Part shown: in pieces, positions 37,225 to 46,212 of the stretch
Position numbering within the stretch: position 1 is the stretch's first letter
How the letters are laid out: each line of letters starts with the position of its first letter
Source of the DNA: Candidatus Poribacteria bacterium
GTDB lineage: Bacteria; Poribacteria; WGA-4E; WGA-3G
Length of the DNA stretch: 64,000 bases
Reading direction: 5' to 3'
Assembly (NCBI GenBank): GCA_965205015.1
Contig: OZ242029.1
Span: 1,952,001-2,016,000 of the forward strand
The notes under the pieces: generated by a model
What the model was told of the DNA's origin: nothing
Seen by the model: the letters and a program-made list of their open reading frames with translations, nothing else
The model's database searches: none
Translations under genes and position numbers: made by a program

Positions 37225-38835
37225 ATGTTCGATGGGTACTCCCCAAACCAATTCGGGCCCGGACGCTCGGCAGTCATCTGCCAACATGGAGCGGTTGCGA
37301 CGAGTCAGCCGCTTGCGGCACAGGGCGGGTTGCAGATTCTACGTGAAGGTGGAAACGCCGTTGATGCGGCGGTCGCAACGGCTGCAATACTGAACGTTGT
37401 TGAGCCAATGTCAACCGGCATCGGGGGCGATGCCTTTATGCTCGTTTATCAACCCAAAGAGGGTGTAATCCGCGGCTTAAATGCCAGTGGTAGAGCACCT
37501 TACGCTGCAGAGCCAGAATTCTTTACCAAGCAGGGGTTGATGCGTATTCCCTCTTTTGGGAGTATGTATCCCGTCACCGTCCCTGGGACAATTGACGGAT
37601 GGGCAACACTCCTCGACGAGTGCGGAACAATGTCGCTATCAGAGGTCCTTCAGCCTGCTATTGATTACGCCGAAAAAGGATTTCCTGTCAGCCCACAAAT
37701 TAGTCTCGCATGGCAAGAAAGCGCGCCGATGTTGGCGGAGCACCCCGACACAGCACGGACATACCTCAAGAACGGGAAGGCCCCGGCACCTGGGGAAATC
37801 TTTTTTCAACCGAATCTGGCACGGACGTTTCGGTTGATCGCAGAAGGCGAACGCGATGCCTTCTATCAAGGGGAAATTGCTGACAAAATCGTGAAATTCT
37901 CCGATGAAAACGGAGGCTTGTTTACGCAACGCGATTTTGCTGAACACACGTCGGAGTGGGTAGAACCGATTTCTGCCAATTATCGAGGCTACGATGTTTA
38001 TGAGATACCCCCAAATGGACAGGGGATCGCCGCTCTTCTTGCACTTAACATCGTTGAAGGATTTGAATTCGGAACGATGGGGCATAACAGTCCTGAACAT
38101 CTACACCATGCAATTGAGGCAATGAAATTAGGATTCTCGGATCTCTACGAATACGTAACGGATCCGACGTTTGTGGAGGTGCCAGTAGATGGGCTGCTTT
38201 CCAAAGATTATACAGAAAACCAGCGAGCGCGCATCTCATCGGAACGGGCAAACGATCAGCCGAATCCTGGTGTTCCTACAATGGGAAGTGACACGGTGTA
38301 CCTCTGTGCGGTTGACAGCGAGCGAAATGTCGTCTCCTTTATCAACAGTCTCTTCGCTGGTTTCGGTTCAGGCTTGGTGGCTGGCGATACGGGGATTATG
38401 TTACAAAATCGGGGTGCGGGGTTCTCGCTGAATCCCGACCATGCGAATTGTATTGCACCTCATAAGCGGACACTGCATACCATAATCCCTGGCATGATTG
38501 CACAAAACGGAGTGCCTTTAGTCACCTTCGGGGTCATGGGTGGACAGATGCAAGCCCAAGGACATTTACAATTTGTATGCAACCTCGTCGATTTCAATAT
38601 GGACGTGCAAAACGCATTAGACGCGCCTCGGTTTCGAGTGATGGATGACTCGCGGATTATGTTAGAGACGGGCATTCCAATGAACGCACAAGCCGCATTG
38701 GCACAAAAAGGACATCATATCATACCGGGGCACACTTTTTTTGGGGGTGGACAAGCAATTTTCATCGATCCAGCCTTTAACACGCTGGTCGCAGGTTCAG
38801 ATCCAAGACGGGATGGATGTGCAGTCGGCTATTGA
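37225..38835 (+). CDS. ggt: Gamma-glutamyltransferase
   Basis: GGNAVDAA, GIGGD, PPNGQG, nucleophile DTVY, LQNRG, FGVMGGQMQAQG and SDPRRDG motifs. Confidence 0.95.
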   Translation: MFDGYSPNQFGPGRSAVICQHGAVATSQPLAAQGGLQILREGGNAVDAAVATAAILNVVEPMSTGIGGDAFMLVYQPKEGVIRGLNASGRAPYAAEPEFFTKQGLMRIPSFGSMYPVTVPGTIDGWATLLDECGTMSLSEVLQPAIDYAEKGFPVSPQISLAWQESAPMLAEHPDTARTYLKNGKAPAPGEIFFQPNLARTFRLIAEGERDAFYQGEIADKIVKFSDENGGLFTQRDFAEHTSEWVEPISANYRGYDVYEIPPNGQGIAALLALNIVEGFEFGTMGHNSPEHLHHAIEAMKLGFSDLYEYVTDPTFVEVPVDGLLSKDYTENQRARISSERANDQPNPGVPTMGSDTVYLCAVDSERNVVSFINSLFAGFGSGLVAGDTGIMLQNRGAGFSLNPDHANCIAPHKRTLHTIIPGMIAQNGVPLVTFGVMGGQMQAQGHLQFVCNLVDFNMDVQNALDAPRFRVMDDSRIMLETGIPMNAQAALAQKGHHIIPGHTFFGGGQAIFIDPAFNTLVAGSDPRRDGCAVGY

Positions 38836-38852
38836 GACAGCAGGTAATTTTT

Positions 38853-38881
38853 TTGACTTTTGGCTTAGATTAGGGTATAAT
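38853..38881 (+). promoter_or_regulatory. sigma70 promoter upstream of the structured RNA and gltB
   Basis: TTGACT-N17-TATAAT. Confidence 0.8.
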
Positions 38882-38887
38882 ATTAAA

Positions 38888-39105
38888 ACAAACAGACGGT
38901 TTCGGCTCAAACATTGAGGACCGAACCGAAGCATGTAAACCCGCCAAGCCGGTCGCAAATCACCGTTGATGCGATCGCGGATCGCTGTTGATTCCGAGGG
39001 GTCTCTTGCCTTGGAGCGCGCTATCTCTGGTAGGATATGAGTAGCCAGCGTCCGACTTAAGCCGTACAAAACATCCTATCCAGCCTGGAAAACGAAATCT
39101 GTTTT
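38888..39105 (+). ncRNA. Putative structured ncRNA or leader (6S-like or unassigned)
   Basis: Begins at the predicted TSS. The ends pair (AAACAGA/TCTGTTT), and there are several internal helices and no convincing ORF. Confidence 0.5.
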
Positions 39106-39258
39106 CTGATTGTTTGTATCCTTGATAAAAAGGAGTAGGGCTAAAACGCGTGAACCTCGCCCCGCAGATTAAATACAAAATGGCGAGAGATGGGAAGCCC
39201 ACTCTACAATGCCAATACAAAAGAAATATAGAAGAATGTATGGAGAGTCAGTTTAGAA

Positions 39259-42200
39259 ATGTATAATGATTTAAAAGAAAAAGATGCCTGCGGCGTCGGT
39301 TTTGTCGCGAACCGTTTTGGGAATCGAAGTCACGATATTATCAAAATGGCGACGCAAGCAGTCACGAACTTGACGCACCGAGGCGCAGTGGCGGCTGATG
39401 CAAAAACAGGTGACGGGGCAGGTATTTTAACGCAAATCCCAGAAAAATTATTTCAAAAAGAACTGCAGAAACTCGGAGTCCACCTTGATTCAATAAAGGA
39501 CTTGGGTATCGGGGTGATTTTCCTACCGAGACATGATCGGGATGCACAGGCACAAGGACGCGCAATCGTTGAAGAGATATTACAACACTACGATGTTCCT
39601 CTCCTTGGATGGCGTTCGGTCCCTCAGGATTTTTCCGCACTCGGTGCCACGGCACTCGAAACACTGCCGGAAATCCAACAGGTATTGGTCGGGCGTCCAG
39701 AGCAACTCACCGATGATGCTTTTGAACAACGTTTGTATCTGATATGTAAAGCGTTAGAGCATCGTGTTACAGCCGCATCACTTGATGAGTTCCATATCGC
39801 CTCTTTTTCACATCGGACGATCGTCTATAAGGGGTTGCTGGTAGCACCTCAGCTGACGCAGTTTTACTCGGATTTAAAAGACCCTGATTTTCAGGCAGCA
39901 CTTGCCGTTTTCCATCAACGCTACAGTACAAATACCTCGTCCACATGGATGCTCGCCCAACCTTTTCATACACTGGCGCACAATGGTGAAATCAACACCT
40001 TAATGGGCAATCGGAACTGGATGCGGGCGCGCGAAGCCGACTTGCAATCGCCCCTCTGGAAGGAAGACATCCAAAAACTCATTCCAATTATCAATCCACA
40101 GGGCAGCGATTCCATGAGTTTGGATAACGTGTTAGAACTTCTAACACACTCCGGTCGCGATATCCTACATGCCATGATGTGTCTGATTCCCGAAGCCTAT
40201 GAACAAATCCCCGATATGCCGGACGCCTTGAAAGCCTGTTACGAGTACCTCTCATGTGTCAGTGAACCTTGGGACGGTCCAGCCGCCGTCGCCTTTACTG
40301 ATGGCGTTAGTGTCGGCGCGAGTTTGGATAGAAACGGACTCCGCCCCGCACGCTACAAGGTTACCGAAGACGGTACGGTCGTTATGGGGTCTGAAGTCGG
40401 TATTATTGAACTTGATGACAGTTGCGTCGTGGAAAAGGGACGTTTGGGACCTGGGCAAATGATTGCTGTGGATACAGTCCAAGGAAGGTTGCTGAAAGAT
40501 TCCGACATTAAACATAATGTTGCCAAGCGGAAGCCTTATGCTGAGTGGGTGAAGAAAGGTATCGTAACGCTCCCAGCGGAAAAAAAAGGAACGTGTGTCA
40601 CGACAGATGCTGTCCCTGAAAAATTGTCAACATATCAGAAAGCTTTCGGCTATATGACTGAAGACGTAGAGCGTTTTATTAAACCTATGGTGTCGGAAGC
40701 GAAGGAAGCAATCGGTTCAATGGGGGATGACACACCGCCGTCTGTGATTTCTCGACATCCGCGGTTGCTCTATAGCTATTTCAAGCAACGTTTTGCACAA
40801 GTTACCAATCCACCTATTGATTCGATCCGAGAACGTTTGGTGATGTCTCTGACGACACACCTCGGAAAACAGTATAGCTTGCTCACGGAAACGCCAGCAC
40901 ACGCTCGACTTATTCGGTTACAGTCCCCGATTTTGACAAATACAGATTTACAAGCATTGCGTGAACTGGATATATCCGATTTTCAGATAGAGACACTGCC
41001 TGTTTGTTTCCCCGTAGCCTCTGGCACACAAGGTTTGGAAGAGGCATTGGAAATGCTCTGTCAACGCGCCTCCAAGGCTATTGATGAGGGGGTAACACTC
41101 CTGGTGCTCAGTGACAAAGAGGTGAGCCCTGACCTTGCCCCGATTCCGATGGCACTTGCTATTGGTGCTGTCCACCACCATTTGATTCGGGAAAGAAAGC
41201 GAATGCAGGCCAGTCTCATCGCTGAAACTGGAGATGCGAGAGAAGAACACCACTTCGCTGTGCTTCTCGGTTACGGCGCGACCGCAATCAACCCTTATCT
41301 TGCTTTCTCAACGATTGTTCAACTTGCTGAAGACGGTGAATTCGCAGAACTTACCGCTTTAGAAGCCGTTGAAACCTATAAAGCAACCGTCGAAAAAGGT
41401 ATTTTGAAAATTATGGCAAAGATGGGAATTTCGACGGTGTCAAGTTATCATGGAGCCCAGATTTTTGAAGCACTTGGTATCAATTCAACAGTTATTGACA
41501 AATGCTTTACAGGCACTACCTCACGCTTAAGTGGCATTGGCTTTGCTGAAATCGCAGCGGAGACGCTTCACTTCCACACAAAAGCATTCTCTGGAAGTGA
41601 AGACGATACGTCCTTAGAGGAAGCAGGCTATTTCCGATTCCGTAGAAACGGCGAGTTCCATGCCTTTAATCCGATGGTATTTAAGGCACTTCACCGGTTT
41701 GTGAAGGGGGGGAAGCCGGAGGACTATGAGAAATATGCTGCTGCTATTGAAAGTGGAGAACCTTCCAGCTTACGAGATCTTCTTGCTTTCAAACCTAGTA
41801 CCCCTATTCCGATTGAAGACGTCGAGCCAGCAGAAGATATCGTTCGGCGTTTCACAACCGGGAGTATGTCTTTTGGTGCCTTAAGTCGCGAGACACACGA
41901 AACCTTGGCAGTCGCGATGAATCGCCTCGGTGCGAAATCAGGGAGTGGAGAAGGTGGAGAAAGCAGTACCCGCTTCAAACCCCAACCCAATGGGGACCTT
42001 GCTTCCAGTGCCATCAAACAGGTGGCATCCGGGCGGTTCGGTGTAACCCCCACCTACCTCATATCGGCAAAGGAACTGGAAATTAAAATGGCACAAGGTT
42101 CAAAACCCGGAGAAGGTGGACAAATCCCAGGACATAAAGTAACAGCCGAAATCGCTTCTCTTCGACACTCTGTGCCAGGAGTGCCATTGATCTCACCACC

Positions 42201-43752
42201 CCCGCATCATGATATCTACTCCATTGAGGATTTGGCGCAGCTCATCTACGATCTAAAACAAGCGAACCCGCAGGCAAAGGTCGCTGTAAAACTGGTATCC
42301 GAATTTCTCGTTGGAACGATTGCGTCAGGGGTGGCAAAGGGCTACGCTGATGTCATACAAATAAGTGGGCATGAAGGGGGTACTGGGGCATCCCCGCTCA
42401 GTTCTATTAAGAACGCAGGGACCCCTTGGGAACTTGGACTTGCTGAAACACAGCGAGCACTCGTGACCAATGAATTACGGGATCGTGTCGTGCTACGAGC
42501 TGACGGTGGGATGCGTTCCGGACGCGACATTGTTATTGCGGCAATGTTGGGGGCAGAAGAATATGGATTTGGAACGATAGCGATGGTCGCCACGGGGTGT
42601 GTCATGGCACGCCAATGCCACTTAAATACGTGTCCGGTGGGTGTCGCTACCCAAGATCCAGCACTCCGGGCAAAATATCCCGGAACCCCCGAAATGGTCG
42701 TCAATTTCATGCTCGGTGTGGCGAATGAAGTGCGAGCCATCCTTGCCAACCTCGGACATCGGAGTCTCAACGATATTATCGGGCGTCCAGAATTGCTGCA
42801 ACCTGTCGATTTGGCAGATTACCCGAAAACCGAAACGCTGGATTTGAGCGAAATCTTGACCCCTGCCGATCCAACTGGGACACAGCCGCGTTATCATCTG
42901 CAAAAGCGAAATGATCGAGATGACATCTCTCTTGATGACCAGATCCTTGAGGATGCTAAGGAAGCAATCTTGCAGAAAACATCCATCCAACTCTCTTATT
43001 CCATCCGGAATACACACCGAACAGTCGGAGCAAAGTTGTCCGGGGAAATTGCAACACGCTATGGCGACACTGGCTTGCCCGATAGAACGATCCAGTGCGA
43101 CTTTAGGGGGAGTGCGGGACAAAGTTTCGGGGCTTTCTGTATCAGCGGTGTACAATTCGCTTTGACAGGTGAAGCGAATGACTATGTAGGTAAGGGCATG
43201 GCAGGCGGAGAAATTATTATTAAACCTGCACCGACTGCACAGTTCTCAACTTATGAAAATGCAATCATCGGAAATACAGTGTTGTACGGTGCCACAGGCG
43301 GGACACTTTATGCAGCAGGAAGAGCTGGCGAACGGTTCTGTGTCCGAAATAGCGGAGCAACTGCTGTCATTGAAGGCGTGGGGGATCACGGTTGTGAGTA
43401 CATGACCGCCGGAACAGCCGTAATTCTCGGCGAAACGGGTAGAAACTTTGGAGCCGGAATGACCGGTGGCACAGCCTATATTCTCGACGAAAAACAACAG
43501 TTCGAGAGGAAGTACAACTCGGATTGGGTGCAGATAGAAAAAGTAAACAGTGAGACAGATATTAAGAACCTGATGGCACTTATACAAAATCACGCGGCTT
43601 ATACCGGCAGTAAACACGCTGAGAAAATCCTCACCCATTGGGAAGATATCCTTTCGCATTTTTGGAAGGTGGTAACACCGCCGCCGCCACCGCCGCCAGC
43701 ACCTGTCCAACTAAAAAGAAGAGCCGCTGGACGCAGAGGACGAAAACGCTAA
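39259..43752 (+). CDS. gltB: Glutamate synthase large subunit / ferredoxin-dependent type
   Basis: DACGVGF, HQRYSTNT, HNGEIN, EPWDGPA, SGEGGE, KMAQGSKPGEGGQ, CVMARQCHLNTC and GXGXG domain. Confidence 0.97.
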   Translation: MYNDLKEKDACGVGFVANRFGNRSHDIIKMATQAVTNLTHRGAVAADAKTGDGAGILTQIPEKLFQKELQKLGVHLDSIKDLGIGVIFLPRHDRDAQAQGRAIVEEILQHYDVPLLGWRSVPQDFSALGATALETLPEIQQVLVGRPEQLTDDAFEQRLYLICKALEHRVTAASLDEFHIASFSHRTIVYKGLLVAPQLTQFYSDLKDPDFQAALAVFHQRYSTNTSSTWMLAQPFHTLAHNGEINTLMGNRNWMRAREADLQSPLWKEDIQKLIPIINPQGSDSMSLDNVLELLTHSGRDILHAMMCLIPEAYEQIPDMPDALKACYEYLSCVSEPWDGPAAVAFTDGVSVGASLDRNGLRPARYKVTEDGTVVMGSEVGIIELDDSCVVEKGRLGPGQMIAVDTVQGRLLKDSDIKHNVAKRKPYAEWVKKGIVTLPAEKKGTCVTTDAVPEKLSTYQKAFGYMTEDVERFIKPMVSEAKEAIGSMGDDTPPSVISRHPRLLYSYFKQRFAQVTNPPIDSIRERLVMSLTTHLGKQYSLLTETPAHARLIRLQSPILTNTDLQALRELDISDFQIETLPVCFPVASGTQGLEEALEMLCQRASKAIDEGVTLLVLSDKEVSPDLAPIPMALAIGAVHHHLIRERKRMQASLIAETGDAREEHHFAVLLGYGATAINPYLAFSTIVQLAEDGEFAELTALEAVETYKATVEKGILKIMAKMGISTVSSYHGAQIFEALGINSTVIDKCFTGTTSRLSGIGFAEIAAETLHFHTKAFSGSEDDTSLEEAGYFRFRRNGEFHAFNPMVFKALHRFVKGGKPEDYEKYAAAIESGEPSSLRDLLAFKPSTPIPIEDVEPAEDIVRRFTTGSMSFGALSRETHETLAVAMNRLGAKSGSGEGGESSTRFKPQPNGDLASSAIKQVASGRFGVTPTYLISAKELEIKMAQGSKPGEGGQIPGHKVTAEIASLRHSVPGVPLISPPPHHDIYSIEDLAQLIYDLKQANPQAKVAVKLVSEFLVGTIASGVAKGYADVIQISGHEGGTGASPLSSIKNAGTPWELGLAETQRALVTNELRDRVVLRADGGMRSGRDIVIAAMLGAEEYGFGTIAMVATGCVMARQCHLNTCPVGVATQDPALRAKYPGTPEMVVNFMLGVANEVRAILANLGHRSLNDIIGRPELLQPVDLADYPKTETLDLSEILTPADPTGTQPRYHLQKRNDRDDISLDDQILEDAKEAILQKTSIQLSYSIRNTHRTVGAKLSGEIATRYGDTGLPDRTIQCDFRGSAGQSFGAFCISGVQFALTGEANDYVGKGMAGGEIIIKPAPTAQFSTYENAIIGNTVLYGATGGTLYAAGRAGERFCVRNSGATAVIEGVGDHGCEYMTAGTAVILGETGRNFGAGMTGGTAYILDEKQQFERKYNSDWVQIEKVNSETDIKNLMALIQNHAAYTGSKHAEKILTHWEDILSHFWKVVTPPPPPPPAPVQLKRRAAGRRGRKR

Positions 43753-43819
43753 AAAACGACTGCGAGGTAGGCATCAAGGATCTACCTCATAGCTGAATTA
43801 TCACCGACTCTATTAGCGC

Positions 43820-43849
43820 AAAAAAAAGGCAGCCGAAGCTGCCTTTTTT
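43820..43849. terminator. Bidirectional intrinsic terminator between gltB and exbD
   Basis: AAAAAAAAGGCAGC-CGAA-GCTGCCTTTTTT between convergent genes. Confidence 0.88.
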
Positions 43850-43868
43850 CTTAACTGCATTGCAGTCT

Positions 43869-44291
43869 TCAGTCTTCTTCCGAGACCGCGAAAGCGATTT
43901 CAAGCCCCTCCGTTTTACTGGAGCGTTGTTTCGCTCGTTCTACCACATCGATGACGACACCGTGCTTCGCGCGTTTGTCTGCCTTGATAATCAGCGTGCT
44001 AATCTGGTTTTCATGCGCTGCAATGAACAGTTCCATGTCTTCCAGGGTCAGCATCTCTTGGTCATCGATCGAAATCCGTCCGTCACCGCTAATGAAGAGA
44101 TTATATTTCTTCCGTGTGAACTCATGTTTAGTTGCGGAATCGGGTAAGGTGACAGTGAAAGGCGGGGGAACCCGCATAACAGCAGACACCATGAAGAAGA
44201 TAAGCAACAAAAAGACACAATCGATCATTGGCGCCATCGGAATGTCATCATCGTCGCCTGTTTTCTTCCGCCGAGACATGTTCAAAGCCAT
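43869..44291 (-). CDS. exbD: ExbD/TolR biopolymer transport protein
   Basis: MAPMIDCVFLLLIFFMV TM helix with the conserved Asp, plus IKADKRAKHGVV. Confidence 0.92.
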   Translation of the reverse strand: MALNMSRRKKTGDDDDIPMAPMIDCVFLLLIFFMVSAVMRVPPPFTVTLPDSATKHEFTRKKYNLFISGDGRISIDDQEMLTLEDMELFIAAHENQISTLIIKADKRAKHGVVIDVVERAKQRSSKTEGLEIAFAVSEED

Positions 44292-44341
44292 CTGAATTCT
44301 CCTATAGAGAGTAGTGTGCTATTGTCATCGCGGGGGACACG

Positions 44342-44794
44342 TCAGTCTCTCGCGACAATAGCGAACCCGATTTTATCTATACCTGCCTGTTTCGCGATAT
44401 CCATCACTTGCACGATCTGCTCATGTAGTACTTCTCGTTCGGATTGGATAATCAGCATGCTTGTTGCTTCATCAGGGGCGTTGATGAAGCGGTTGAACAT
44501 TTCATCAATCTGGACGACCTCATCATTCAGCACCATCGTGCCTCTGTCATCGCCGGGTTCCGGGTTTGCGATTCGAACGGTTAACCCTTTCGGTTTATCA
44601 GGTGACGGTTTTCCCGGTGGGGGTAATTGCACCCGAAGGCCTGGAATCGGCGAGAAGGTTGTCGAAACCATGAAGAAAATCAGGAGCAGGAACACACAAT
44701 CAATCATAGGTGCCATACTGAGCGTTGGGGGCTTGCGTTCCCGGATCTTGGTCGCAAGCAGACTCAATTTGACGTCACCGCCGGCTTGTTGCAT
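44342..44794 (-). CDS. exbD: ExbD/TolR biopolymer transport protein (paralogue)
   Basis: MAPMIDCVFLLLIFFMV and VMDIAKQAGI. Confidence 0.92.
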   Translation of the reverse strand: MQQAGGDVKLSLLATKIRERKPPTLSMAPMIDCVFLLLIFFMVSTTFSPIPGLRVQLPPPGKPSPDKPKGLTVRIANPEPGDDRGTMVLNDEVVQIDEMFNRFINAPDEATSMLIIQSEREVLHEQIVQVMDIAKQAGIDKIGFAIVARD

Positions 44795-44898
44795 TTCAGA
44801 GTCTCCTTTCTCGTAATGAGACGTGGGCTTAGGTATAAATACCCTATAAAGCCTATTAGGAGAGGGCGAGCGAAGTACCCGCCCGTTCCGTTACAAGA

Positions 44899-45891
44899 TT
44901 AGGCATCTCCGCCTTCACCAACAATCAACTGGTTCACGATCTCGGTAGAAACCTGAGAGATTTCAACCAGGTGCCTGTTGACCCAACTATCAAAGAGCTG
45001 GAAGAAAATCAAGCAGGGAATAGCAACTGTCAAGCCAGCAGCAGTTGTCAGAAGTGCCTGTGAGATACCACCGGCGAGCTGCTGCGGGTCACCAGTACCC
45101 TCAAGTGCGATTGTAGTAAACGCACTAATCATACCTGTAACTGTTCCGAGCAAGCCAAACAATGGAGACACGACTGCAACAGTACCGAGGACCGGAAGAT
45201 TTCTTTCGAGTTCAGGGATCTCAAGCAGACTTGCTTCCTCGATGGCTTCCTGAATTTCCTCTTTGCTAATATCGCGTTCCTCAATTTGGGCTTGGCTATA
45301 TCGCAACAATCCTGCTTTAAGAACGTTAGCAAGCGGTCCACCAGCTTCTTCACAAGTCGAAACGGCTTCCATAATGTTCTCTTTCCGCAATGAATCAGCA
45401 ATACTGGCGATAAATTGTTCGGTCCCAATTCGAGAACGACTCCGAACGAAGGTGAAGAGCCTTTCAATAATGAAAGTCAACGCCGTGATGGAACAGAGGG
45501 CGAGGGGCCAGAAGACGAATCCAAACTTCTGGAAGAAAGTGACGATATTATCTTTTTTCGTCATTTTGAGTGGAACAAAGTGGTCACCACCATTAACGAC
45601 TGTAACGGGTTTACCAAGCCGATCGCCGTATCCTTCTCTATAGATACTGATGAGGTAACGACCTGCGGGAACACCGGAGCGCTCATAATCACCGTTGGCA
45701 TCCGTTGTTGCTGCAAATTCTTCGCCACTTTGGGCAACAATCTTGACTTCAACGCCTTCAATTGGGGCCTGTGCTGTGGTCGTATCAACAATTTGGCCAC
45801 GGACGGTTCCGCCACTGTCCTGTGCAAACGCAACACCGGCAGACATACCGATACAGGCGACCAACATTAACACTAAACTTAAACGAGTCAT
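44899..45891 (-). CDS. exbB: MotA/TolQ/ExbB proton channel with a signal peptide and an N-terminal carboxypeptidase-regulatory-like beta-sandwich
   Basis: Signal peptide, GTVRGQIVD...TTDANGDY...VPAGRY, then SPLFGLLGTVTGMI and GISQALLTTAAGL. Confidence 0.88.
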   Translation of the reverse strand: MTRLSLVLMLVACIGMSAGVAFAQDSGGTVRGQIVDTTTAQAPIEGVEVKIVAQSGEEFAATTDANGDYERSGVPAGRYLISIYREGYGDRLGKPVTVVNGGDHFVPLKMTKKDNIVTFFQKFGFVFWPLALCSITALTFIIERLFTFVRSRSRIGTEQFIASIADSLRKENIMEAVSTCEEAGGPLANVLKAGLLRYSQAQIEERDISKEEIQEAIEEASLLEIPELERNLPVLGTVAVVSPLFGLLGTVTGMISAFTTIALEGTGDPQQLAGGISQALLTTAAGLTVAIPCLIFFQLFDSWVNRHLVEISQVSTEIVNQLIVGEGGDA

Positions 45892-46171
45892 TCGTTCTGA
45901 TCCTCCTTAGGATAACCTGCCAAATATACTGGCAAGTTTTACAAATCATCTCATAAGCCGTTGTCGGAACTCGCCCAACAACTCAATTTTGCTAACACTT
46001 GAGCATTTCAAAAATTACAGAGGTTTTTAGGTCGGGTCGGAGCGATCAAAAACCGCACCCACCATTTAAACACCATTCTCGTTAATAACACCTGAGTGTT
46101 TAAGAAGTTACGCGTTATATTCAAACCCTACGGAAAATAGAAGCACAGGTGATATCGCGAGACGCGAAATC

Positions 46172-46198
46172 GCTGGACACGAAGAGATCGTGTCCAGC
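46172..46198 (-). terminator. Stem-loop after the large outer-membrane gene
   Basis: GCTGGACACGA-AGAGA-TCGTGTCCAGC, an 11-bp perfect stem. Confidence 0.55.
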
Positions 46199-46212
46199 AA
46201 TCCAAACATCAT

